In this document: one piece after another, positions 1 through 11,993 of the stretch | Position numbering within the stretch: position 1 is the first letter of the stretch | Layout: each line of letters starts with the position of its first letter | From: Bugula neritina | Taxonomy: Eukaryota; Animalia; Bryozoa | Reading direction: 5' to 3' | Length of the DNA stretch: 18,639 bases | Assembly: GCA_964035545.1 (NCBI GenBank) | Contig: CAXIUT010000112.1 | Coordinates: 1 to 18,639 of the forward strand | Translations under genes and position numbers: made by a program | Notes under the pieces: generated by a model | The model's input: only the letters and a program-made list of their open reading frames with translations | Told to the model about the DNA's origin: nothing | The model's database searches: none

Positions 1-93
1 CCCAACCCCAACCCCAACCCCAACCCCAACCCCAACCCCAACCCCAACCCCAACCCCAACCCCAACCCCAACCCCAACCCCAACCCCAACCCC
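1..93 (+). repeat. Left telomere, (CCCCAA)n
   Basis: Perfect C4A2 array at the window start, C-rich strand 5', the orientation of a left chromosome end. Same repeat unit as Tetrahymena-type macronuclear telomeres. Confidence 0.98.
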
Positions 94-276
94 TAATTTG
101 ATATAAAATATTATTATTTCTTTGATATTCAATATGATGGTTCAAAATAATCGTTATCGAAATGAAGTTGATAGTTTAGGCTTTAACTTGGAAGGGGATG
201 GGTCGTTGTTATTTTAGGTTCAGTAGATAACTGAATTGGATATTTATTTGAATATGTTTATTTAAGTTTGATAAAG

Positions 277-2219
277 ATGTTTTTGTGCTGCTGCGACAGT
301 CGTCCCAAAGAATCATACCAGATCATTAAAAAGAATTAATAGAACTAGACAGTTGTTTCCTACGTGACTGATATCAAGTCTCTTGGAAAAGATGTTACCG
401 AGGGAACCGATGTACAAATCCGACCTGTGCGGATGTCTGACTACCAGGAAATCTATGATGATTGTAAAAAGAATAAAAAAAAGTTCTAAGATGGATCTTT
501 CCCTCCCAACGATTATAGCCTCGGAAGAGATCTTAATGTCAAAGCTAATTGGAAAAGAATCTCAGATTTCCTCAACAATCAAACTCTCTTTGATGATAAA
601 ATTGAACCAAATGACGTTATCCACAAAAACGTAGGAGACTGCTACCTTCTTTCCGCTATAGCTGCACTTGCATAAAACCCATAAATAATAAAAAACATAT
701 TCCACGGACAAGAGTATAACTAATAAGGAATCTACCGAGTGGTTTTAAGTGTTGACGGGGTGATACAAGAAGTGATAGTTGACGATTATATTCCTCTAAA
801 TGAACATGATGCACCTATATTTAGTCAACCTAAAACAAGCTAAACTACTTGTTAGATATGGACTTTGATACTTGAGAAGGCACTGGCTAAAATCAAAGGT
901 GGATATGCTAATATTATGGGTAAATCTTAAGTTATACAGAGGGATCACCCAGTTAGATATTTAGAACTGTTACATACTGTCCTGCTGAATCTTTGCTTTT
1001 TGATGAGAAGGAAGCAGAAAAAGTGTGGCATTTGATGGTTGGGTGTTCAGGTTATAATTAACCTTTCTGTGCTACAACTAAAGATAGTCTTTCGAAGTAT
1101 TCTGGGTTGACACCTTAACATACTTTTACAGTTGTATCTATTGGAATATATATAGAATGCTGTGGCTAGTTTGAGCGTTAATTAGATGTCGATTGGAGAG
1201 TTGAGTTCTCATAAGAAGGAAAGAGTGGTTAAGTTGAGAAATCCTTGGGCTCATGAAGGAGAAAGAGGCTGGAAGGGAAGAGCTGGGTTGGATGATAGAG
1301 ATTTTTGGGAAAGTGCTGAAAATGATAGAGAACTTGAATTCATCAATAGAAAAACAGCTGCAGGAGATTATGGAATATTTTATATAACTTTCGAAGACTT
1401 CTTGAAAAACTTCAATCAAATACATTATTGTAATTTCCATAAAAATGGAAAAACAGCTAGAGAAGATCTCACTATCAACAAAAACAACCCGAATGGAAAT
1501 TATTTCTAAGTCAGTGTACCTCATAAAGATATCTACACTTTCTAGTTGAATCAAGGCGCTATTGTAGACCAAAAACCTCAGCAGAGGAAAGAAGAAGGTA
1601 TCTGTAGATCAAGTCTAATTTTGATATAAAAAATAGACGGAAAAATATATTATAAGGCTGGCTCAACTAAACTAAACCAAGAACATTGTATGCTCACTCT
1701 TGAGCTATAAGCAGGACAATATCTTCTTTTCACTCACTTGGATCCAACCAGAGAAACTAATAAATATCCTGAATCAGCGAGTGTTAACGTTCATTCTTCA
1801 TCTTTAGTCGATCTTAAAGCGATAGATCCAGCGAACTGTCAAAAGGCACTTCATGATTCATTTTTAAACGATGGTTTAAGAAATGAGAAAAAGATGATTT
1901 AGAATGATGGATTGATGACTCTGTCATATCGTTTGCTTTTCCAACAGGGAGGATATGGATATATCGTATTTCATAATGACAAGGCTAGTGATAAGAGTTT
2001 TGTGATAAATTATGATGAAGAGTACAAGTTGATTTATGTAGGTAGTTTAATCGATCTCATTTGAAGGTTGTCTAGCCTGCTCATCATGAGAAAGATTTCG
2101 ATATGAGGTTGTAACCTGGAAAAGATATGATTATTTTGGCTAAAGCTAATAATGATAAAGTTGACAGTTGGAAGTTTCCTCCCAAGATGAATGTTCGTCT
2201 CGAACCTTATCTTGGTTGA
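277..2219 (+). CDS. Calpain-family cysteine protease (CysPc domain plus C-terminal domain-III-like region), ~626 aa, 3 introns
   Basis: With TAR=Glu: MFLCCC..., KFEDGSFPP, WKRISDF, GDCYLLSAIAALAENP (catalytic Cys), VIVDDYIP, EIWTLILEKALAKIKGGY, GLTPEHTFTV (His), VKLRNPW (Asn). Introns 920-939, 1134-1155 and 2022-2041 restore the frame. TGA stop at 2217-2219. Confidence 0.92.
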
Positions 2220-2344
2220 TCTGTACCTTTAATAGTATTCCAGTAATATCATTCATCTTATTTTATCTCATACATCTTATATTAATGAAACGAATAATTA
2301 TCTTTAAATAGAATCTGATGAGATGATATAATCTCTATATTTAA

Positions 2345-3151
2345 ATGCAAGAAAAGAAGTCCGAATCATCTTTTGCTCAGATCAAGAGCAAGATCAAAGT
2401 GGTGTTCTTGGGAGAGCAGTCAACGGGCAAGACATCTATCCTCATGCGTTTCATTCATGATCGATTCGAAGAGGGACTTGGAGTATATATTCATTGAAGT
2501 AGGCAACCATAGGAATCGATTTCATGGCTAAAAATCTACATATAGGCCATAATATCCTCAGAATGCAACTTTGGGATACAGCTGGACAATAACGCTTCAG
2601 ATCACTTATTCCTAGCTACCTTAAAGATGCACTTATTGCCTTCATTGTCTTTGACCTGACCAGTACTCATAACATTAGCTAGAGATTAAAAAACATTTGA
2701 CAACTTAAACGAGTGGATCGACCTCTGTCATAATAATAAAAAATAAAAAGCTATTGTGATCTTGCTTGGAAACAAATCTGACCTTGAAGAAACAAGATAA
2801 GTCCCTCCTGAAAGCATAAGAACCAAACTTGAAGAAACAAGTTTGCCTTATTTTTAGGTTAGTGCTAAAACAGGTTAAAACATCAAAGAAGCACTAAATT
2901 TTGCAGGAAATGAGTATTTTAATATACATAACACATCAGAACTGACTTTTAGTACAACAGGGCCTTAAAAATTCAAGAACTAGGTAATAGTTGAAGAAAA
3001 AGGAGAGCATTCCTAGCCAAATGACCTGTCTAAGAAAGGAAAACTTGAGAAAAATCAAAAGAGTCAAAAGAGTTCAAAGAAGATAGGAGAGATGAAGGAA
3101 GAGGTAAAATTGAATGAGAAGAAGAAGGGAAAGAAGAAAGGTTGTTGTTGA
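2345..3151 (+). CDS. RAB6: Rab GTPase, Rab6-like, ~254 aa, 2 introns
   Basis: KVVFLGEQSTGKTS, ATIGIDF, QLWDTAGQERFRSLIPSY (the RSLIPSY switch II is typical of Rab6), LGNKSDL, YFEVSAKTGENI, C-terminal KKKGCC prenylation motif, then TGA. Introns 2483-2502 and 2663-2684. The subfamily call is by motif only. Confidence 0.92.
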
Positions 3152-3364
3152 ATTAATACTATTGATTTAGTTGACTCTTATATTAGAGTTTAGTCATTGT
3201 TGATAATAAAAACTGTCGAAAAGTAGTCTATCATATAATCACCTTTTTTAAGCAAAAGAGACCCTATTTTGATGATATTCCATCTTGATTCTGATCTTTT
3301 TGTCAATAGCTTATCTCTAAGTGCCTTTTTTCTGTAATTTGTTTACTATATGAATTTTTCTTTC

Positions 3365-3715
3365 TCATAAGGAAGTAAAAAAAGTTGGGATGCCTGATGG
3401 AGAAGTCACAAGAAGTTGAGAATTTTGGCTCGACCAAAAAGAGAGCAGTTTATCAGGCATCAGAGATGTATTTGGCACTTAGTTCAAGTTTAAATTGCAA
3501 ATGAAATTGATTCTGTAAACGATTGTTGAAGGATAATACCATAAGAAGTTGTGATTCTGTTTATATTAATAGAAGTTTTTAGATTATGATTTTGTCATCA
3601 GTAGGTAATCCTTTCCTTAAAAGGAATTTGATGAAACGAGCATTTCTTTGATGACCTGAAAAGATTGCTCACTGTTAACTGAACTTTACCATCTTATTTA
3701 ATTATCTTTAGACAT
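3365..3715 (-). CDS. Possible hypothetical protein (116 aa); may be non-coding or a decayed gene
   Basis: Longest ATG-TGA frame I found in the otherwise unexplained 3152-3908 gap (MSKDNEIRWESS...TFFTSL). No recognisable motif. Confidence 0.2.
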
Positions 3716-3908
3716 TTTACTTCATATTGACTAAAATATTTCAGAAAATATTCTTTATTTAAAGAATCTTTAAATGTTCGAAAAAGACTATTGTTATGTT
3801 TTATTGATCATAATTTAGTATATTCTTTTTGTGAAGGTAATATTTTTAATATTTTTATTTCAATAAGTATAATTAATGAAGAAATGATATTTTTCTATTG
3901 ATAAATAA

Positions 3909-6032
3909 TCATGGTTGTTTCTTTTTTTATTCAATTTGAAGCAATATTTATTCTATTCTTTTAGATTTTTGTTAAATTTATTATTATTTTTTACTTTAAT
4001 ACTACTCTGTATATTATGCTTATTATCTTTCTCTTTCTTCAAGTTTATCTTTGATTAATTAAATAAATTATTTCTTTACTATTTCTCTATTCTTTATATT
4101 ATCTTTATTCCTCACATCAAGAAGACTTTCATTCACTATAACTCCCTCTGACAATCTATTCTATATATTAGTTAAATCAGGAATAGCTCTAAATTAATTG
4201 CAATTGGCTAAATGCTATCTTTCTACTCTAAGTAAATTCCAAATGCCTCTTCTTGATATTTAGATTGAACCACTTAAAAATGAAAATAAAGCTGAATTTC
4301 CAAAGATGTCAATAATTGCTGGGGAAAGAGTAAGAGTCCAGACTAATCTGAATAGCAAGTTTACCACCATGATTATGTAATATACTTTTTTTGGAGTAAA
4401 AGTCAAATATTTTCTTAGTAAAAAGTTACGGTTGTTTGATTGTAGAAGATACCAATCCATTTTAAGATCCCAGACATAGGAATATAAAGTTGATATTATT
4501 GATACTGTTAACCAGGCTGCTAAAATAGCTTAAGGATTTTGTTTGTAAAAAAAAGATAAAACTCCTGAAGCCAAAGATAGACAATATTTTATTGTGTTGA
4601 ACATATTACCTTGGCACCAATATCCCTCATCATAACCCAATCTAATGCATTGTAAAATTCTATAAGAAACAGCTATGACTACTGTTAGAAGGGCTACATC
4701 AAAAGCTGATGCACTTTTACAGGGATTTTAATCTAAATTATCGAAATCAAGGCGGGTATGATAACAGATAGTGTAGGCCATATCTCTAAGAGGAGTAATA
4801 AGGGATTGCCATTGATCAGTCATCCAAATGATTGTGAAATCAACTCCTGCAATAGGAGAAATTAAACATCTACCTATTAGTTTGAGGGCATAGAATCGAC
4901 CTCTCCAGTTGAAAATTGGTAGAGGAACAAAGAAGAATCCAAACAGAGAAAACCAAATGATCAAGGAAAGGTGTTATGAGCGAAAAGAACCACTTAGTGT
5001 AAAAATATCACTGATACTAAGTAAATAGATGAGAAAAACAGCTAGAAATAGTGTAGTGAAAATTCCAGCTAATCTGAAGATTTCAGCTGAAGTTGAGTAG
5101 TGATGGTCATTGAAGTGGAAAATCAATCGATGACTGATTTTGTATTTTTCATACATATAGAGATCGAATCCAAGGATCCAAAGATAAAAGGTAAAGATAC
5201 CTATTCCTCTCCATGTTGGAAAATCACGGGCAAAAGCTGAGTTATTTTCTACATCTAGATCTCTGAAAAGAATAATGAAAATAAGAACTCCTAAAACAAT
5301 GATACTAGCTCCGAGTCCTATACCTGCTAGTAAGAAGTCTCTTTTTGAAGATTATTCTTTGTGAGCTGCTTGTCTGATAAACTATCTGGCTACCTTGCTC
5401 TAAACTTATGTATTACTTTCAACGTAGATATCTTCAAGCTGAGTATTGAAATCTTCTTAGACTTTTGCCATTCTTTTTATTTTCTAGTGAGCCGGATTAG
5501 GTGTTGGAATCATTTTTTTTGCATATTTTTTATGTTTTTTAAGGATTTTTCTTTATGCTTCTAGATTGGCTTCTCTCATTTCTGTGACATAACTGATTTA
5601 TATGTAGATGTATTCCATGTATGCTAGATAGAGATCTTTAGTATCTTTTTAAAATTATTTTTATTTGAGTTTGATGATGACTCCGAAACGATCTTAGATT
5701 TCTAAGACTTTCATTTGATAGAAGAGTTCGACTGTTTCATTTTGAATGAAAAATATATGATAAAATATCTCATTGATTGATACTAAGGACTTCTTCAGTT
5801 ATTTTTTCATTCTTTTTAGTTCTTATAATGAATTTGAGTTCAACTATAATTGTTCTTCATGATTAGCTATTTAATTATTGTTTGTGATTTACTCGATAGC
5901 ATTGTCACATTGTTTGATGGTATCAACAATATGTTTGATTAGAATGACAAAAATCTTAAGGATTTAATAGTTAAGATAGCATTCTTTCCATTATGGAATT
6001 GCTATGTCACCAAATGCTTATCCAAACCTCAT
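3909..6032 (-). CDS. XPR1: SPX-EXS domain protein (XPR1/SYG1/PHO1 family phosphate exporter), 707 aa, intronless
   Basis: SPX start MRFGEAF...IPEWKECYLNYEILK and RKILKKHKK, several hydrophobic segments, EXS motifs WMTDQWQS, LQCIR, YSYVWDLKMDW, FRLVW and EISRRGIWNLLRVEREHLANCNEFRA. One frame of 2124 nt ending in TGA. Confidence 0.93.
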
Positions 6033-6160
6033 ACAACTATAATTATATCAAAGACCTTTACAAATGTTAAGCATTAATACAATTTGAATCAATATTTAAA
6101 AATACTTTAAACATTTAAATCATCAAATATTAAAAAAATAAGTGTTCAATATTTAGAGAA

Positions 6161-7358
6161 TCAAAAAAGTTTATTAGATAAATCGAGAGGGCTTAAAGTT
6201 CTCTTTCTTCTGCCGATAAAACTCAACTTCTGTTGAAATTGACTTACAGAATAGTCTCTTTCAATACTTTGTGGCAATCTGAAACTAGAACCTGATCGCT
6301 TTTTAGGACTCAAATTGATAAGCATATGACAATTTTGAACTATTTCCTTTTAAATACGTTCCTCTTCTTAAGGTTTAATAAACGAGTGAAATCTTTGAAT
6401 ACGAGGCAATAAATTTCTAAATAAATTGTTATTTACTTTTATGATCGATTGCTTGGACTCAAGTTACTCTTCTTTCTTCCTAACTCTTTCAATTGTTCAG
6501 CATATACTGGGTCGATCTTTGGATGTTTTTATATCAATCGATTATATGCTCTTAATAGATATAAAAGTACTCGATAGTAATTTGCATGATTTTGCATTGA
6601 GCAGAACAACAAATAGCATTTTGAAGTCTTTTTGGCTAATTGAGATCTTTTTGTCCAAAAATAGTAGATTGACCAACTATAATCATTTCTAACATCTTTT
6701 TTGCTTCAAAACCTGGTGATTCTATTTTAACATTGCCACTGATAACTATATAGCATGCTTAAGGCACTGATCCTTCTCGATATATATAGTTATTCATTTT
6801 AAATTCTTTGAATTTGCAAGAAGAATCAGCAATAATTCTGAGTTCATTTTTGGGAACTTCACTGAACATTTTTGTTAGTACTTCTAAAAACTTTTAAATT
6901 CTTCTAACTTTGACCATATTGATGTAGCTTTAATGAAGCATTGTTGGTATAAATAAAATTTATGCAGGTCCTTCTCTAGGTCTAATTATTGCATCATTTC
7001 TCATCTAAATGACTTCACTTGCACTAATATACTATCCCATCTTGATAAAACTATCATGAATAACTTCTTTTGGTCTTCTTTTTTGTCGATTTCTCAATTA
7101 TTTTCCTGAAGACATACGATAGCACTAAATCTAACCTGATAGTAAGATGATCACATCTGATTTACGGTTAAGAGTGAGACTAAGTTAGTCTTATTACCAA
7201 ATCTTAGCATAAAAGGTAAAACCAACAACAGTATCAAAATCTTAATGTTCATAGTATGGACTAAAGAATGGAGTTAGCATAAAGAATAATTCTACGACTT
7301 CTATTTCATCATGGGTCCAATGCTTTTTGTCTTTTCGAAAGATTTATAGTAAAGACAT
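6161..7358 (-). CDS. Cyclic-nucleotide-binding (cNMP) domain protein, ~385 aa, 2 introns; start uncertain
   Basis: IYREGSVPEACYIVISGNVKI...IFGQKDL...RLQNAIC matches a cNMP beta-barrel, and a more degenerate copy lies upstream (VIILLSGEIECY...IKMGEYI). Two 20-nt introns (6551-6570, 6417-6436) restore the frame. The frame stays open upstream of the ATG at 7358. Confidence 0.75.
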
Positions 7359-7521
7359 CCTTTATTAGTCGATTATTATATTTATAATTTTGTCATCAAT
7401 AAGGGCGTTTATCAGTAGTTACTTCTGTTTTAATATCTAGAGATCATCAATATCAAAGATATTAGACCATTCTAGGTTTAGTAATATTGTATTGAGTATG
7501 ATATGAATAATGATATGAGGA

Positions 7522-10500
7522 TCATCTGGTGCTGAGTTCATCCATAATTTCTTTTCCAAAGAGGTTGAACAAAGCTGTAAGGTTAGCAAGGAATTCGAAG
7601 CCTCTGTTGATTTGAGTGCCTCCCATTTTATCCAAAATAGTTTGGTTAGATGTTAAGTAGAATGATCTCCATCTTTACATTTGCTGATTGGCAGATACTT
7701 CGTCAACTAAGCTATCAATATCTCTCAGCTGTAATAAGAAAGATCTGGGGTAAGTTGCTGCAATGATCTTGTCTTTCAAGTAGAGAGCCAAAGTTGATTG
7801 AGTTGTTTGAGTTACTCTGCTGATCTCTTATATGATGCTCATCACACGGGCTGGGTTTTTGCTTCTATGATTGACTGCATTTTTCAAAGCCGGAATAGCT
7901 ACCATCTTGATAGCAGCTGCCAACAAAGCTGGATATTCTACAAAGACTCGTAAATTATTAGCGAACTCAGTTTCAAGGAATTGATGATAAGTAGTAAAAT
8001 CTTGGTTGGCTTCAAGAGTTTGTCTCATCCAGTGGATGGTTTCAATAAGATAGGTGAGAGATCCTTCATCTCTTTAGTTTTTAATAAGATTATAGAGTTC
8101 CCTGACTGAGGTGTAGGCTTCTTGATATCTTCTTGTTCCAAAATATCCTTTAACAATGAGAAGAGTCATTTCAGAGTACATTTCAAATTAATTGAGTTCT
8201 TGTATTCTAACAAGTTCTTTAGCTCTTCCGAGATACTTCATGCCTTCATCTGGATTATTATTATTAAAGTATATTTTACCAATGAGGAAGTAATCTTTCC
8301 AGAGTCCTTCTCCTTCCCCACCAAAGATCTTTCTTTGCATATCAAGTGAATCTTGGGCATGTCTAAGTGCGACTTCAAAATGCTGGATATGGTTTGAAAA
8401 GTATGAAGCGAGCAATCTACTGACTTGGACATAAAGAGGATGGACATCACCAAGCCATCGTCGAGCATGTTCCATGATAAATGAAATAGGATGTTGAATT
8501 CTATCGATTCTGTTGAGTTTTAAGAACCATTTGATTTCAGCCAACTTGCTTTCGTAAAGGAATCTGCTTGGAGGAGCTGCTACTTCAAGTTTTGAATAGA
8601 GTTCTTTACTTGATTCAGGTGAGGTGAAATTCAAAAGGAACTATCTGATTCTGTCATGCATAGTAGGATGGTTTGTTAAGATTTGGATGTAGGGAATTCT
8701 TGTGCTGGTTTCTTTGGTGAGAAGAGAGCTCAAGTTGTAGAAACTTTATTATGTTTCTGATGAAAGGCAGTCTTAGATTTGTTCGAAAAGGTTGCTAAAG
8801 TCCAAGTTATAGACGTCAGTTTTGAATTCAAAGCCTTCAAAATCAGAAGGGTCAAAGGGTTGTTGAGCCTGGAATAGAGGTCTTCTATGAACTTGATCTT
8901 TTAGATTTATTTCGAAGTGAGTTTGAATGGATTGCAATAAATATGGAATATTGGTTTAAGCAATGTTATTTTCAGCAATGCTGATTCCAAACTTTTATTT
9001 TGAGACGTTATTGATTCTTTTCCAGAGTTCTAAAGTTGATTCTGAGTTTCCAAAGGCAACATTCAAAAAGCTGATAACTCTTCTTCTTTCATAATCTTAT
9101 TGTCTCTCACGTTGAGATACTTTCTAGCTTTGAACCATCACACAATTTTGAATATCAAATCTGAACATATTCTTGAGAGAACGAGCCATTATCTCAGCCT
9201 GTAAGACTCTTCGTAGCCAATTATGTCTTGCTCTTTGGAATACAAGACCGAGATGTCTCATATTTAATCCTGAGAAATGCATCAGATCTGTAAGTTATTT
9301 GGAGTTAGTGAAGTATTAATCTTAATTCTAGATTATTCTGATGAGTTGAGTAACTTTACCTTCAATAGCTTGGCTAATTCTTTCTTGTCTCATTGGTCTT
9401 CTTCTATCTCTGAAAGTTATACCGTCCATTGAATGATCTTGAAGAAATTCTGCTCTTAGCACTCTTGTAGGATCATTTCCATTTTATTTTTCAAGAGGTA
9501 GTAACTCAGTCAATCTTTATATAAAGTAGATGTTTCTGTTGCTGAATGAAGTAGTTGAGATGGGTGTTTTTCTGGTATATGATACAATTTTGCATTTGTT
9601 TTAGTTGAGTAAAGTATCAGCACTAATTCTTGAAGTATCTTCAAATTCTTTGATATTTAGTTGGTTGTAGCATTATCTATTTTTGAAGACATTTCCTTAT
9701 CCACCGAGTCTGGTTTTAGCCATACCTAAAAATCCTTTGTATTCGAATAAAGACATGAATGGTACTTTCAAAATACCTTCATTTTTAGTTACTGATAGCA
9801 CATAATCTAAATTTTTGAACTAGAGAGCTGCTTGTTGATACCTTGGATGCTTTTTATCTGAATTCTAGGGATTCATGAAGTAGAGTTCTAGATAGATATC
9901 ATCAAGAAGAAAGGCAGCATGTTATTTAGTTTGTTCAACAGGTGGAAAGATGCGTTGGTTGGCATGCAGATATAACTAGCTGATGATGACAGCTGCTGCT
10001 CTTTGTATATAATTTTTAAAATCGATGATGAGTTAGACTTATTCTTACCCTCCTAGTAATTATTAAATCCAATTTCTTCTGATTTTGTTTAGATCAGCTT
10101 TGATTCTTTATTTTTCACTGCTGCTTATTCTTCCCATACTTCTGCCTAATAGCAACTAATGTTAATAATTTTGTTGTGATTATCTGTTGATGATAAACTA
10201 ATCCATTTTTGAAAATTGTGGTCTAGCGATAAGTGTGCTCTAGTTTTGCCAATTATTATTGATATTAGTTTGATCTTTGCTCATAGAATTCACATTGCTG
10301 AATGTCATGGCTTGGTTGCCTGAATAGTTGGCGTTAGTTGATAAAGAAAAATTCTTATCGTTTTGATAGTTTACTTTTTCATTTTATATTCTGATTGGAG
10401 AGTTGTTTATGTTGGTGTTGACATTGATGCTGCTGTTCAGTGGTTGACTATTGAAGGAAGAAGTGTTGAGAGTTGTACTATTATTCAAATTTGAACTTTT

Positions 10501-11598
10501 TATGTCATAGTGGGCTGTATTGTTGTTGAAAGTTGAAGAATTTAGGCCTTGGGTATTGAGATTGGTTTGTAGTGAGAGGTTATTGTTGTTATTAAAAGTG
10601 GAAGTAGCTCCTAATCTTGAAGGACTGCTTTCTTGGTTGAAATAACTTTTGTTAATGTTTTATTATCTGTTGATATCTCTATTCAAAAGAGAGTTGATAT
10701 GTAAATTATTCTATTAATTTCTTTTACTTCTAAAGCGATGAAATTAGTCTAGAGTTCTATATCCACTTTTTTTGAATTAGTCTAGAGTAAGAGTAGCATT
10801 ATCTATTTTTTGAGCCCATTCCATTGCACAACTTTTAGTTGGACAGACAAACTCCCAAATTGTCTTCTTTTGACCTGAAAAATGAATTGATAGTTTATCA
10901 TCACTTACATTGCATTTCTAAATTTAACTGATAGGGAAGTGTTGTTTTGGTTTAGGGATTTATAGTTATGAGTTGAAGGGAACTTTCTTTTATGTTGGTA
11001 GTTATTTAGAATAAGCTATTGCTTATAGTCCTTTTAGCACTAAGAAACGTTAGTTGGTTAAAAACATGGTTTGTTGTTTTTTGGCCAAAATTGAATAAGT
11101 GTATTCTTCTCCGTTTATTTTTTGAGAGTATGGACTCTTCCTCATCAGCTTTGATACATCACCATTGAGGTTGTTAGCCATTTCCATTGAGTTGTTGTTT
11201 TGATAGCTACTGTTGAAACTAGGACCTTGGAAGTTAAATCTTTCAGGACTCTGAGAACTTTGGTAGTTGTTTGACCTTTCTGGACTCTGGAGAGATACTT
11301 GGGGAGTATGACTATTGAGACCTCCTTGGAGATTTGGAGATTGTAGAGATCCCTGGATGTTGGGTGTGTTGACAGAAAGTTGGTTGTTGGATGTTTGTTG
11401 AGAAACTTGGTAATTGGAAGATTGAAGACCAACTTGAGCATTAGGCGAGTAGAGGGTATGTTCTCCTTGGGCTTGACCGAACTGTGGAGGTGAGTTGGAG
11501 AACTGTTGTTCTGTTTGGAAGTTTTGTTGTTGATTTCCTTGCATAGATAGTTGTAGATTGGGTTGTTGGTTTTGGTAGAGAGGATTTTATTGCTGCAT
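7522..11598 (-). CDS. CLU (clustered mitochondria)-domain protein with Q/N/S-rich N-terminus, PH-like domain and C-terminal TPR-like repeats, ~1358 aa
   Basis: Supplied ORFs 11050-11544, 8188-8634 and 7828-8028 share one frame. Clu-like VPFMSLFEYKGF, CLU-central LTDLMHFSGLNMRHLGLV...AEIMARSLKNMFR, TPR-like WLGDVHP and AQDSLDMQRKIFG, PH-like ERFLVLKG...WEFVCPTKSCAMEWAQKI. TGA at 7522-7524. Confidence 0.82.
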
Positions 11599-11910
11599 AA
11601 AAATATCATAAGTTGATACTCGTTAATAATCTCTTAAATAACAACAGTCTTAATAAAAAATTAATTATGAAATCAAAGCCTAATGCTTTTGAAAAGTAAT
11701 TTTTATTGCTAAAAAATTTATATTATTGCGATAAAAGAGGTTCTGGGATGAATCAAAGAGAAATAGATGATTATTTTTAATAAAAATATTTGCTGATGAT
11801 AGCTATTTATTAGGAATAAAAGATATTTTTGGCAATAAAAAATATTTATTTGAATATTAATTTGATTTTTTGTTAAAAAGAAAGATTGAATAATTATAAT
11901 GTTTACACTA

Positions 11911-11993
11911 GGGGGTTGGGGTTGGGGTTGGGGTTGGGGTTGGGGTTGGGGTTGGGGTTGGGGTTGGGGTTGGGGTTGGGGTTGGGGGTTGGG
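11911..11993 (+). repeat. Internal (GGGGTT)n telomeric tract, oriented as the right end of the 1-11993 molecule
   Basis: About 83 nt of G4T2 with G5 variants at 11911-11915 and 11984-11988. Preceded by ~310 nt of very AT-rich non-coding DNA and followed immediately by coding sequence. Confidence 0.97.

Noticed and set aside
94-135. Shared chromosome-breakage motif beside telomeres (TATTCAAT here and, on the minus strand, near 11885-11892)
   Set aside because: Different distances from the repeats, absent at the third end, and likely by chance in AT-rich DNA. Three ends are too few to call a motif.
134-271. 45-codon ORF upstream of the calpain gene (MMVQNNRYRNEV...)
   Set aside because: Short, no motif, expected by chance with a single stop codon, and no GTA...AG intron joins it to the calpain frame.
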